Origin: a bacterium
GTDB lineage: Bacteria; UBA9089; CG2-30-40-21; SBAY01
Assembly: GCA_040757115.1 (NCBI GenBank)
Contig: JBFLYA010000012.1
Span: 1-35,394 of the forward strand
Direction of reading: 5' to 3'
DNA: 35,394 nucleotides
The notes below the pieces were generated by a model. The model was not told the DNA's origin. It worked only from the letters and a program-made list of their open reading frames with translations, and ran no database searches. Positions 1 to 9,800 of the stretch are shown here, one piece after another (positions within the stretch are counted from its first letter, which is position 1; every line of letters begins with the position of its first letter). The position numbers and the translations under genes were made by a program.

Positions 1-207
1 ATTCGTGCCAAAAACTTCTATCATATTGAGTCCTATCCAAAAACTTGAACATCGAGTAATAGAAATTTATGGAAATTTGTTGTTTTCCACAATCAATTTC
101 TACCTATTTCTATAAATTTCAATCTATATTCTATTATCTTATCTCCATATCACTCTTATCTCCTTATCCCCTTTCTTACACTTTTGATATATAGCCTGAA
201 CGGTTAC
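1..207. mobile_element. Right part of a type-A miniature inverted-repeat element (left end outside the window)
   Basis: Ends in CTGAACGGTTAC (196-207), identical to the right end of 316-557. The interior has short-period repeats (ATTTCTA, CTTATCT). Confidence 0.65.
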
Positions 208-277
208 GTTTTTTTAGATCAATCTGTTCTAAAAGTTGAACAGTGCTTCCATCATAAATTCCTTTAACTGCCAGCAT
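176..277 (-). pseudogene. Truncated DUF104/AF2212-like antitoxin 5' fragment (MLAVKGIYDGSTVQLLEQIDLKK), reading into the type-A element
   Basis: GGAGGTGAAGG RBS before ATG 277. The AVKGIYDG N-terminal motif resembles this family. The native frame is cut at the element end (207), and the tail RNRSGYISKV* comes from the element. Confidence 0.55.
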
Positions 278-315
278 CTACCTTCACCTCCATTTCTATT
301 TTACTCTAATTTTTC

Positions 316-557
316 GTAACCGTTCAGCCACAGAGGCTCAGAGTTCACAGAGAATTAGAGAAATTAGCCACAAATGGACACGAATTAACCTCTGACATTC
401 GATAAATGTAGTGCGAACCTTTAGGTTCGCTTTCCTGCTTGCCAGAAGCGAGGCTAACGTCTCGCACTACAAATCTTTTTATTATTCGTGTTCATTCGTG
501 GTTATATATTCCCTCTGTGTTCTCTGTGACTCTGTGGCTATATCCCTGAACGGTTAC
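316..557. mobile_element. Type-A MITE-like element with nested hairpin layers
   Basis: Perfect 12-bp terminal inverted repeat GTAACCGTTCAG/CTGAACGGTTAC. Inner inverted pairs are GCCACAGAG/CTCTGTGGC and GACACGAAT/ATTCGTGTT. Confidence 0.8.
408..470. repeat. REP doublet (REPIN-like), GTAG type
   Basis: GTAG-T-GCGAACCT-TT-AGGTTCGC faces an inverted partner GCGAGGC-TAAC-GTCTCGC-A-CTAC. This is the GTAG-plus-palindrome architecture of RAYT-associated REPs. Confidence 0.65.
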
Positions 558-668
558 CAATTTTAAAGCAGCCAGCTCCTTTAATTTTTGAGAAAACTGC
601 TACTTTGTAGTACCCAGAACAGCAAGAACCTCATCTGGTATCCCTACTTGAGCTACACTCATACCCAT
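558..668 (-). pseudogene. UPF0175-family putative antitoxin 5' fragment with an in-frame stop, truncated at the type-A element
   Basis: GGAGGTGA RBS. Translation MGMSVAQVGIPDEVLAVLGTTK*QFSQKLKELAALKL ends at the element boundary (557). Confidence 0.6.
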
Positions 669-745
669 TAAAGTCACCTCCTTGATAGGAATTTGCTTTT
701 TGACTGTTTTTAGATTGTGTATCCATTTTTAGCCATTCTGAAGAT

Positions 746-774
746 ATTCTATCACAAATTTTATCCTATGTCAA
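746..774 (-). promoter_or_regulatory. Sigma70-type promoter, leftward
   Basis: TTGACA-17 nt-TAGAAT on the minus strand. Confidence 0.55.
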
Positions 775-836
775 CAAAAAATCCCAGTCTATTTATCCCG
801 CAATTTGATTTTTTTTAATTTTAATTAAAAAAAATG

Positions 837-865
837 TTGACAAAATTAAAGAAAAAGTGTAAAAT
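837..865 (+). promoter_or_regulatory. Sigma70-type promoter for the TPR gene
   Basis: TTGACA-17 nt-TAAAAT. Confidence 0.6.
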
Positions 866-911
866 ATATTCTAATTATAATTATCTTCAGAAAAGCTAAT
901 TATAATAATGT

Positions 912-1035
912 GTAATTATTTAGCCATCTGAAGTGAAACAACAGGCAATGGTTGTTAGGTTCAGGGAGCAAGGTAAAAAATAAGCTCCAGTGCTTCGTGA
1001 ATTTACTGTCTCACTTCACGGGGGTAAATAATTAC
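912..1035. mobile_element. Degenerate type-A element
   Basis: Ends GTAATTATTTAG / GTAAATAATTAC (11/12 inverted match). Internal stem GAAGTGA...TCACTTC. Confidence 0.55.
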
Positions 1036-1068
1036 TAAAATTTTAATATGAATGAGGAGGGAAAGATA

Positions 1069-2226
1069 ATGAGAGGAATAAAGTTTCTCTTTTTATGGGT
1101 TATGATTTTTATTTTGGTCGCACCAATAATAAGTTCAGCCCAGACGCTGGCAGAGACAAAAGAAAAGGCAAAAAAGAGATTTGACACAGGCTATCAGTTG
1201 TATTTTAAGAGTAATTTTGAAGGAGCGGAGAAGGAATTTAGTAAGGCAATTGAATTAGACCCGTCAAATCCGGAGTATCATTTCTTTTTAGCGAAGAGTT
1301 ATTATAAGCAAAAGAATTCTTCTAAAGCGATTGATGAACTTAGGCTGGCAATCGGGATTAAACCTGAATATTTACAGTCTCATTTACTTTTAGGTGATAT
1401 TTATTTTGAAAGAGAAAATTGGACAGAGGCAGAGAAAGCCTATTTAAAAGCAGATGAGTTAGATGACAAAAATTTTGATGCCAATTTTAAAGTAGGACAG
1501 GTTTATATCAAACTAAAAAATGTAGATAAGGCGATTACACATTTAAGTAAGGCAAAGAGATTAAATGGAAGTGAACCTTATGTTTCGTTTTATTTAGGTC
1601 AGGCTTATTTGGAAAAAGAGGAAATCTCTTTAGCGGTAAGTGAATTTGATAATGCGATTCGGCTCCAAACCAATAATCCACTTTTCTATTATTGGCGAGG
1701 GAATGCCTTTTTTGCCGCAGGAGATTATCGAGACCCAAATGATTATAATTGGCGCTCGGTGGTAGATTATCAACAAACCATAGAATTTGGATTGACTACT
1801 CCGTATGTTTATTTTATGTTTGGGAATACCTTACTTAATCGGGCATTTTATTGCCTCACGGTTAAGAGAGATACAGATAGTTTAGACTTATTGGAACGGT
1901 CAATTGTCAAATATCAAGAGGTAACTGTATTAGAACCAAATGCTTCTAATGCCTACAATAATTTAGGGCTTGCTTATTATTACCTGGGTCGATTGGATGA
2001 AGCGATTGAGGCATATAGAAAGGCAATTGACCTTGAGCCAGTGGTAGCATTCTTCCATGATAACTTAGCAGATGTGTATTACAAAAAGGCTAATTTTAAT
2101 GAGGCAATTGCTCAGTGGAAGTTAATTCAAGAATTAGACCCAAATTATGTCTTAAGTGATGTCTACTTCCCTACGCCACAAAAACCCATTAAAGAGAAAT
2201 TACGAGAGGCAGCAAGAAGGAAATAA
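1069..2226 (+). CDS. Secreted tetratricopeptide-repeat (TPR) protein
   Basis: GAGGAGG RBS before ATG 1069 (the ORF track starts at 1048). Signal peptide ending ...ISSA-Q. Many TPR units, e.g. AYNNLGLAYYYLGRLDEAIEAYRKAIDLEP. Confidence 0.9.
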   Translation: MRGIKFLFLWVMIFILVAPIISSAQTLAETKEKAKKRFDTGYQLYFKSNFEGAEKEFSKAIELDPSNPEYHFFLAKSYYKQKNSSKAIDELRLAIGIKPEYLQSHLLLGDIYFERENWTEAEKAYLKADELDDKNFDANFKVGQVYIKLKNVDKAITHLSKAKRLNGSEPYVSFYLGQAYLEKEEISLAVSEFDNAIRLQTNNPLFYYWRGNAFFAAGDYRDPNDYNWRSVVDYQQTIEFGLTTPYVYFMFGNTLLNRAFYCLTVKRDTDSLDLLERSIVKYQEVTVLEPNASNAYNNLGLAYYYLGRLDEAIEAYRKAIDLEPVVAFFHDNLADVYYKKANFNEAIAQWKLIQELDPNYVLSDVYFPTPQKPIKEKLREAARRK

Positions 2227-2299
2227 ATTACATCATATCTTAAAACTACATTTCCACTCTACTTAATTTCTGGCAAAAAAATCTTTTTTAAAAATTTTC

Positions 2300-2329
2300 T
2301 TGACAAAAATTTAGATAATATAGTATAAT
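2300..2329 (+). promoter_or_regulatory. Sigma70-type promoter of the rpmG-secE-nusG unit
   Basis: TTGACA-18 nt-TATAAT. Confidence 0.65.
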
Positions 2330-2372
2330 TAAAATTCTTGTGTTTAATTTTGGTAAAAGGAGATTTTAAAAA

Positions 2373-2525
2373 ATGCCACGAGAGATAATTATTCTGGCAT
2401 GTTCAGAGTGTAAAAATCGGAATTATTCTACAACCAAAAATAAGAAAAAGCATACAGAAAAACTTGAGTTGAAAAAATACTGTCGAACTTGTAGAACTCA
2501 TACACTACATAAGGAAACGAAGTAG
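2373..2525 (+). CDS. rpmG: 50S ribosomal protein L33 (bL33), zinc-binding form; not in the ORF track
   Basis: [50 protein letters not shown], with AGGAG RBS, two CxxC motifs and the conserved position before tRNA-Trp/secE. Confidence 0.97.
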   Translation: MPREIIILACSECKNRNYSTTKNKKKHTEKLELKKYCRTCRTHTLHKETK

Positions 2526-2534
2526 TTGGGTAAC

Positions 2535-2612
2535 AGGCCCGTGGCTCAATTTGGTTAGAGCATCGGTCTCCAAAACCGAGGATTACAGGTTCGAGTCCTG
2601 TCGGGCCTGCCA
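2535..2612 (+). tRNA. tRNA-Trp (CCA)
   Basis: Acceptor stem AGGCCCG/CGGGCCT, anticodon loop CTCCAAA, T-arm GGTTCGAGTCC and encoded 3' CCA. Confidence 0.97.
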
Positions 2613-2706
2613 GAAGACAGAGGTCAAAAGTCAAAAAACAGATATTAAGGGAATATCTTTAAAATGTATGTGTTTAGCGTGTTCCAAAGTGCGTTGATTT
2701 GAGACT

Positions 2707-2844
2707 TATAGTAGTTATTAACGAAAATTTCTCATAGAACAGATATAGCAACAGGGTTGATGGTTGATAGTTTATAGTTGATAGTTTCATAGACTATCAA
2801 CTATCAACAATACTAATGTGAACTTTTGGTTAATACTTACTATA
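2707..2844. mobile_element. Type-C MITE-like element (TATAG ends) between tRNA-Trp and secE
   Basis: Imperfect TIR: TATAGTAGTTATTAACGAAAATTTCTCA versus reverse-complemented right end TATAGTAAGTATTAACCAAAAGTTCACA. Cargo is a GATAGTT/AACTATC heptamer hairpin. Confidence 0.7.
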
Positions 2845-2851
2845 TTTTCTG

Positions 2852-3091
2852 ATGGGAGAGAGAGTTGTGAAAGAGAAAATAAAAGAACTAATTTTTAAAG
2901 CAAAAAAATTCCTGAATGAGGTCTGGACCGAAGTTAATCCAAAACAAGGTAAGGTTTCCTGGCCTGACCGTAAAACAATTATTGGTTCTACGGCGGTAGT
3001 TATTATCTGCGTTCTGATTATCACCTTATATATTTATCTTGCGGATGTTATTTTTATTGTCGTGGTTAACCAGCTTATTGGTCGGAGGTAG
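2852..3091 (+). CDS. secE: Preprotein translocase subunit SecE
   Basis: KVSWP motif followed by one TM helix, located between tRNA-Trp and nusG. The start could be GTG 2867. Confidence 0.93.
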   Translation: MGERVVKEKIKELIFKAKKFLNEVWTEVNPKQGKVSWPDRKTIIGSTAVVIICVLIITLYIYLADVIFIVVVNQLIGRR

Positions 3092-3092
3092 A

Positions 3093-3623
3093 ATGAGTAA
3101 AAATTGGTATGTTATTCATACTTATTCTGGATATGAGAATAAAGTAAAGACAAATTTAGAGCAACGACTTCAATCAATGGGACTGGGAGATAAAATTGCT
3201 CAAATTGTTATTCCTACTGAAGAAGTTACTGAAATACGCGGTGGCAAGAAAAGAAAAGTCCCAAGGAAATTTTTCCCGGGGTATGTATTGATAGAAATGG
3301 AAATGGCTGATGACACCTGGCATATTGTCAGACATACACCCGGAGTATTTGGATTTGTTGGCGACAAGAATAAACCAATTCCATTGAGTGAAGTAGAGGT
3401 TAAAGAGATTATTCATGGAGCAATACCAGGAGTTTCGAGATTAAAACCTTCTTTAAAATTTGAAAAGGACGAACCCATCCGGGTTATTCAAGGACCTTTT
3501 ACTAACTTTATTGGAACGGTTGGAGAGATAGACCAAAAACAAGGAAAATTAAGAGTGATGATGAATATCCTCGGTAGAATAACACCGGTCGAAGTAGAAT
3601 TTCATCAAGTGGAGAAGTTGTAA
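3093..3623 (+). CDS. nusG: Transcription termination/antitermination factor NusG
   Basis: MSKNWYVIHTYSGYENKVK, FPGYVLIEM and a KOW domain (GPFTNFIG). GGAGG RBS before ATG 3093. Confidence 0.98.
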   Translation: MSKNWYVIHTYSGYENKVKTNLEQRLQSMGLGDKIAQIVIPTEEVTEIRGGKKRKVPRKFFPGYVLIEMEMADDTWHIVRHTPGVFGFVGDKNKPIPLSEVEVKEIIHGAIPGVSRLKPSLKFEKDEPIRVIQGPFTNFIGTVGEIDQKQGKLRVMMNILGRITPVEVEFHQVEKL

Positions 3624-3772
3624 CAAAGGTCAGCTTTTTCATCCGGACTACCTCCTTAATGTTTGGGGCAATGTCTAAAAAGACAACCCTCTTCTATTAT
3701 ATCAGATATCGGGTAGTCTGGATGACTTTTTATAAATCTTTTTTAATATCTTTGAAATATAAAAGTATTATA
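3624..3772 (-). mobile_element. Probable IS left-end remnant: -10 box plus RBS/ATG sequestered in a long stem, pointing into nusG
   Basis: 14-bp inverted repeat at 3639-3652/3712-3725. On the minus strand TATAAT (3696-3701) is in the loop and TAAGGAGG-ATG (3642) overlaps the 3' arm. Only MKKLTF remains before nusG sequence. Confidence 0.45.
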
Positions 3773-3773
3773 C

Positions 3774-4288
3774 CAGACCTCGAAAGCAGAATTAACTTGA
3801 CAAAATGAGAAAGATAAAGATTATGTTATTATAAAAGTTATTATGGCAAGACCACAAGACCATGGAGAGTACAATACCAAGGTGCAATATATCATGTAAT
3901 GTCCAGAGGGGTGGCTCAACAGGAGATATTTCGTATTGAAGATGACTATCATCGATTTTTAGACTATCTTGAGAAGAGTGTGGATAAATATGGATTAGAG
4001 ATATTTGCTTTTGTGCTAATGTCGAATCATTATCATTTATTTGTGCGAACAAAGGAGGCAAATCTTTCTAATGCACTACAATGGTTGCAAACAGAAAGGG
4101 ATGTAGCCATTTATATATTATATATAGTCATACTGGATTGAGTAATAAAGAGATAGGTGAGATATTTGGAGTAAGTCCAACAGCGATAGGTAAGGCAAGT
4201 ATCCGAGTAAGAAATCAGATGAGCGACCATAAAGGATTTAAAAAGAAGGTAGAAGATATAGTTAATTCTGCTTTCGAGATCTGACCCC
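3774..4288 (+). mobile_element. Decayed HUH (Y1/RAYT-like) element with 24-bp inverted ends
   Basis: CAGACCTCGAAAGCAGAATTAACT (3774-3797) versus AGTTAATTCTGCTTTCGAGATCTG (4260-4283), 23/24 inverted match. Followed by a duplicated TGACCCCAATAT. Confidence 0.7.
3843..4284 (+). pseudogene. REP-associated-type tyrosine transposase (Y1_Tnp plus C-terminal HTH), frameshifted and internally deleted
   Basis: MARP.WRVQYQGAIYHVMSRG after removing an 8-bp duplication (CAAGACCA). HUH motif LMSNHYHL. Abrupt jump to a C-terminal HTH (TGLSNKEIGEIFG) with a second frameshift. Confidence 0.85.
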
Positions 4289-4311
4289 AATATAGTTTCG
4301 TGACCCCAATA

Positions 4312-4470
4312 TGGTTTGTCCTTTGGGATAGGAGGACAGCCCTTGCCCCTGCGGTTAAAAAGGCAAAGGAACTTGAGGAAAGGGAAGAAAGGATAGAAAA
4401 GGCGCTCAAGGAATATGCGATTCAACAACCTAAATTAGCAGCAGTTTTAAGAGAAGTTGGAATTTTGTAA
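4312..4470 (+). pseudogene. Orphan 3' fragment of a TM/coiled-coil hypothetical protein (WFVLWDRRTALAPAVKKAKELEEREERIEKALKEYA...GIL*)
   Basis: Protein-like frame with a stop but no start or RBS. Begins at the transposase element edge. Confidence 0.5.
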
Positions 4471-4494
4471 AAACTTGACTAAAGATGAAACACT

Positions 4495-4630
4495 TATGTT
4501 CACAGCGAGTGGACATAAATGAAGAGGAAAATTAATGGGACGCAGATTTTCGCAGATAAACACAGATGAATTAGAGAATTAGATTTTTAACTTTGTGTGT
4601 CTTTGTGTAAAGAAAACTATTTTCAGGAAA
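4495..4630 (+). mobile_element. Single type-B unit (ATG-hairpin head, cargo, ATTTTCAGG tail)
   Basis: TATGTTCAC..GTGGACATAAATGAAGAGGAAAATTAATGGGACGCAGATTT matches 13756-13809. Ends ATTTTCAGGAAA. Confidence 0.65.
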
Positions 4631-4675
4631 AAACAATAACTTTGTTCTTTGACAATTTAATATGTTTTTTTTGTG

Positions 4676-4705
4676 TTGACAGAGGAAAGAGAGTAGTGGT
4701 ATAAT
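4676..4705 (+). promoter_or_regulatory. Sigma70-type promoter with extended -10
   Basis: TTGACA-18 nt-TATAAT with a TGn extension. Confidence 0.65.
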
Positions 4706-4727
4706 GGATAAGTGATGAGGTGAAGAG

Positions 4728-4937
4728 ATGGGGAAGAAAGATAGAAGACAGAAGTCAGAAGTCAGAGAACAGAAAAAGAGGAAGTGGAAGGTTCATCTTA
4801 AAATTCCAAAGTTTCTCATTCCAAAGGATGAGCCGATTGTGCCAAAGGCATTTACTCCAATAGATTATGTGGGTGGGATAGTGGTATTTTTTATCTGCGG
4901 GAGAGTATATCTATATACGATAGAGGAAATGGAATAA
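4728..4937 (+). pseudogene. Short ORF resembling the N-terminus of a DUF2723/TMEM260-like membrane glycosyltransferase, truncated
   Basis: GAGGTG RBS, basic N-terminus and a TM segment ending VYLYT, where DUF2723 domains typically begin. Stops immediately afterwards. Confidence 0.4.
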
Positions 4938-4938
4938 T

Positions 4939-6813
4939 ATGGGTAAGAGGAAAAAGAAAATAAAGAAAATTAATCAAAAAACTCAAAAATCAATAATTAA
5001 AGATTTGTTAAGAAAACGATTATTTAAAAAAGAGAATTATATTATAGCAGGGATACTCATTTTTGCGTTTATTCTTCGATTAATTCACCTTTTTCAAATG
5101 CAAAGTAATTATCCCGAATTTTACTCACCTAACCCAGGAACAGATATGGGAATGTATGATAAAGCTGCTATGGAGATAGTTCATGGTAATCCAATAAAAG
5201 GTCCATTTTATTATAATCCTTTGTATTATTATTTCTTAGCCTTAAATTATTATTTATTTGGACATAACCTATTTATTATAAGATTAATCCAGGCATTATT
5301 AGGAATTATTACAGGTATATTAACATATTTTATTGCTAAAAAGATATTCAATGAAAAGGTAGCTATAATTTCTCTTTTGCTTTATGCCTTATGTGGTTAT
5401 CTTATATATTATGAAGGAGTACTCTTATCAATAAGTTTAACTACTTTCTTATGTGTAGCATCTATTTGGTTCTTTTTTCAAGCAAGGGAGAAAAAATCAA
5501 ATAAAAGATTTATCATTGGAGGTATGTTATTAGGACTGGCGACTCTTTCTCAACCTAATACTATTCTTTTTCTTCCATTTGTTCTTTTATGGATATTATT
5601 AGAGTTGAAAGAGGATGTAATAAAAAGAAGATTACAAAGATGTGCTATTGTTCTTTTAGCCTGTTTTGCAGCTATTTCTCCGATTACTATTAAAAATTAC
5701 CTTGATTCAGGAAGATTTGTTTTAATCACAACAAGTGGGTCTTTTAACTTTTGGTTAGGTAATCACGAACATTCATCAGGATGGTTTGATTTTTTTGATA
5801 GAGATTTAGAAAGACTTGAAGAAAATAAAAAGAGTGATAAGAAAATAAATGATGTTTATATAGAAGATGTGATAAGATTTATTAAAAAAGATCCACTAGA
5901 TTATCTAAAACTTTTCATAAAAAAGATACTTTTATTCTGGGGAGAATGGGATATACCTCATCAGGTACATTATGGGAAAGGTAAATTTTACTCTCCTTTA
6001 TTAAAATGCCCATTTATTCTTGATTTTGGTTTATTAGCAACATGGGGAGTTGCTGGAATATTTCTTTCTCTTAAGAGATGGTTGAAGAAAGGATTATTAC
6101 TTTATTTTTTTATTTTTGCATATAGCTTTTCAGTAGTGATTATAATGGTTAATGGAAGATATCGTCTTCCTGTGGTCCCTTTTCTTATAATCTTTGCGGG
6201 TGTTTTATTCATTTATTTATATGAGAAATTTAAAAAACGAAGATTTATCTCTCTATTCTTTTCTTTCTGGATATTAATCTTCTCAATTCTATTTGTAAAT
6301 TCTCAATTTGTTTATGCTAAAATATTTTGTATAATTAACCCTAATGGAATGTATATAGAAAGGGATAATACCCTTTTTATTAGCGATAATAGTGAAAAAT
6401 GTGCTTGGGAAGAAACAATTTCTATAAATTCACCTAATATGAAACTTAAAAAGGAATTCATTTTAATAAATGATATCTCATTTTTTAAAGAAGGGAAATT
6501 GTCCTTTGATTATATTTTTCAAGGAAATGGACATTTCATTTGTAGTATTAATGGGATAGATTCTCCACCAGCAATTTTATCATCGGATGGATTTATACAT
6601 AATATAAGATTTAAATTCCCTCCTTATTTATTAAAAAGAGGATTAAATAGTATCATTTTTAAAATTACAAATGAAGGAAAGTTAGATATACCTGTCAGTA
6701 AATATTATAATTATGAAAGATCCTATATTTATGATGGGATAAAGTGGAAAAAGATAAATGGGGAATATTTAATTCAATTAGAATTGATAAAATTTAAAAA
6801 GGAGGATTTATAA
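4939..6813 (+). CDS. GT-C fold glycosyltransferase (ArnT/PMT, GT39/GT83-like) with soluble C-terminal domain
   Basis: TDMGMYD after TM1, YNPLYYYFL, multiple TM helices, GRYRLPVVPFL. Paralogous to 33101-34951. Confidence 0.85.
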   Translation: MGKRKKKIKKINQKTQKSIIKDLLRKRLFKKENYIIAGILIFAFILRLIHLFQMQSNYPEFYSPNPGTDMGMYDKAAMEIVHGNPIKGPFYYNPLYYYFLALNYYLFGHNLFIIRLIQALLGIITGILTYFIAKKIFNEKVAIISLLLYALCGYLIYYEGVLLSISLTTFLCVASIWFFFQAREKKSNKRFIIGGMLLGLATLSQPNTILFLPFVLLWILLELKEDVIKRRLQRCAIVLLACFAAISPITIKNYLDSGRFVLITTSGSFNFWLGNHEHSSGWFDFFDRDLERLEENKKSDKKINDVYIEDVIRFIKKDPLDYLKLFIKKILLFWGEWDIPHQVHYGKGKFYSPLLKCPFILDFGLLATWGVAGIFLSLKRWLKKGLLLYFFIFAYSFSVVIIMVNGRYRLPVVPFLIIFAGVLFIYLYEKFKKRRFISLFFSFWILIFSILFVNSQFVYAKIFCIINPNGMYIERDNTLFISDNSEKCAWEETISINSPNMKLKKEFILINDISFFKEGKLSFDYIFQGNGHFICSINGIDSPPAILSSDGFIHNIRFKFPPYLLKRGLNSIIFKITNEGKLDIPVSKYYNYERSYIYDGIKWKKINGEYLIQLELIKFKKEDL

Positions 6814-6818
6814 AGAAA

Positions 6819-9800
6819 ATGTATAAAAGAAAAATTTTATTGATAGGGATATTAATATTTATAGGAATAGGAAATAATATAGAAATTGCGAAAGCAGAGG
6901 TAGTAGAAGTAAGTGGAAATGTATATGGAACATGGACTAGTGGCAACATCTATGTTGCCACTGATACAATCAGTGTAGCGAGTAATACCACTTTAACTAT
7001 TCAACCTAATGTAATAGTGAAGATTACTCCGGGTAAAAGATTAAATGTGTATGGTAAGTTGATTGCGGAAGGTATAGAATCAGGAACTATCACTTTTACT
7101 TCTTTAAAGGATGATATTGGAGGAGATACAAATGGAGATGGAACATCTACCTCTCCTACTGCTGGAGATTGGAGTGGATGCATTTTTGATGGTGAGGGAA
7201 GTATAGGTAGCAAACTAGATCACTGTGTAGTAAGGTATACTTACAAATATGGAATTTCCATTATTTCATCTTCTATTTCTATTAATAATTCTGATATTTG
7301 TGAAGTTTATGCTACCTGGGAAGGAGGTGAATATGTAGAAGTTCCTTCTTATGGAATTTATGTTTCATCAGGTACCTTAACCATTGTCAACTCCAATATT
7401 TTTAATATTTCTTCTTATGCACTGGGAGAGCGTTTTGGACAACCCCTTGGATATGGAATTTATATTTCTGGTGGTATTGTATATATTAGTAATTGTAATA
7501 TTTTAAAGATTAGAAGTAGTAATGATTTGTATGGAGTATCAAAAGCCTATGGAATTTATGGGTCATCTACCATATCTTATATCAATAACTCTAATTTTTC
7601 TCAAATTGAAGGAGAAACCAATATTGCCTCATCAGAAGCCTATGGAATTTACTTTTCTAACTCATCTGTTTTTATTAATGATGAAAACTACATTTCACAA
7701 GTAACAAGTAAAGGTAGTTCTTATGGAATATATGTTTGTAATTCATCATCTCCATTCACCATTTTAAACTCTAAGATTTTTAAAATCATAGGTAATGGCT
7801 ATGCTTACGGAATTTATCTTTCCAATATATTATCTGAAGGTATCATTCGTGGTATTAATATATTCGAAGTTAAGGGAAGAAATAATGGATATGGTCTCTA
7901 TCTGCTCTCTGGACAATTGTCAATTATGGATAATGAGATTTATGATATTAAAGGAGAGTGTGTTGGATATTATGGTTTAGGTTATGGATATGGTATTTAC
8001 ATAGTTTCTGGACAAGTATCAATTATGATTAATAACATTTATGATATTAAAGGAATTGCTAATTTTTCATGGAATGAATTTGGATATGGTATTTATCTAT
8101 CCCAAACACAATCATCAATATTAGGTAATAACATTTATGACATAGGGAGTGGAGGTACTACCTATTACTTATGGGCAGATGGTACACAGACAGCAGAATA
8201 TAATTGGTGGGGTAGTACCTTTCCAATTCCTTTTAACTTCTCTAACAATATTGATTATGACCCTTGGCTGAAAGGAACATATACAGGATACGCACTAATT
8301 ACTATTTTACCTACTTATGGAACGGTGGGAAACTTGGTATCTATAAGAGGTATTGGTTACAATCCAACAGAGCAAATAAAAATCGATTTTGGGACATCAT
8401 ACAATTATACCGAAGTATCAACAAACGCCGATGGTATGTTTTCTACTTCCTTCATTGTAAATACGCAACCTTATGGCCCTACTTCAATTGTAGCTACTGG
8501 GTTAAGTTCTAATAAAACTGCTTCGAATTACTTTCGTATCCTACCTCATATTTTATTTGTATCACCCAGTAGCGGTACTATTGGAAGTTTTGTTACCATT
8601 GAAGGTAATGGATTTGGTAAGATGGATACTATACGGGTTGATTTCGGAACAACTATATCTATCTGTAATATAATGTCAAATACCTATGGGACATTTATTG
8701 CTACCTTTACCGTAGATACTCAAGCCTATGGAACCATTCCTATTGGCTGTTATGGGATGACATCAGGTGCCTATGACTATGAATACTTCTTTATCAGAGG
8801 GAATATTGTCTGGATAAGTCCAACGCAGGGAACTGTTGGTTCGGCTGTGACTATAATGGGCAACGGCTTTGGAGCAACTGAACTAATCGGCATAGATTTT
8901 GGCACCACACTAAACATTAACCAGTGCACCACGACTACAGACGGGAAATTTACTACCCTATTTACGATAGATACCCAACCTTTCGGCATTACTACTATTA
9001 CAGTTAGAGGGATGCAGACTGGTTTGGTGGATAAGGCTGGATTTACTATCCTGCCAAATATTGCCCTTATCAGCCCTATTTCTGGGACTATCGGTTCTAT
9101 TGTCACCGTAATGGGTAATGGATTTGGTGCTACGGAATTGATCAGGATTGAATTTGGTAATATTCGTACTATTACCACTGTTTATACTTATGCTACTGGG
9201 GAATTTCAGACAGTATTTACAGTAGATTCTCAGCCGATTGGGACAACGACTATCATTGCTCATGGTTTGATGACTAATGCCTATGCTCTGGCACAGTTCA
9301 TTATTCTTCCATTAACTACTTTAAAGATTACACCTGCCTTACAAAATGTAGCTGTTAATTCAACATTTACCTGCCAGGTGGAGATAGAGGATGTGGAAAG
9401 ACTAAGAGGTGTGGAATTACATCTTAGTTTTAATCCCAATATCCTTGAAGTAAAAGAGATTGGGACAGGTACATTTCCACCAGATGGTTGGGTAATGCAG
9501 AATAAGTATGATAATATCAAAGGAGAGATAGATTATACCATTGGGTTGATTTCTGGCTCTGCTACTGGTTCAGGGGACATTTGTAAAATAAAATTTAAAG
9601 CAATATCAGGTGGTACATCAACTGTAATATTTGATTTTACTAGACCCAACCGTATCACAAAACTATTAGATATAGGAAACAACGGAATTCCATTTAAGAA
9701 AGAAGAGACTATGTATCAGGTAATCACTGGTATCGAAATCAAGCCAAAAGATAAAGAGATTCGTGCAGATGAAACTATTGATTATACCTGCCTTGCATCA

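Noticed and set aside
2428-2634. 68-aa minus-strand ORF
   Set aside because: Antisense to rpmG and tRNA-Trp.
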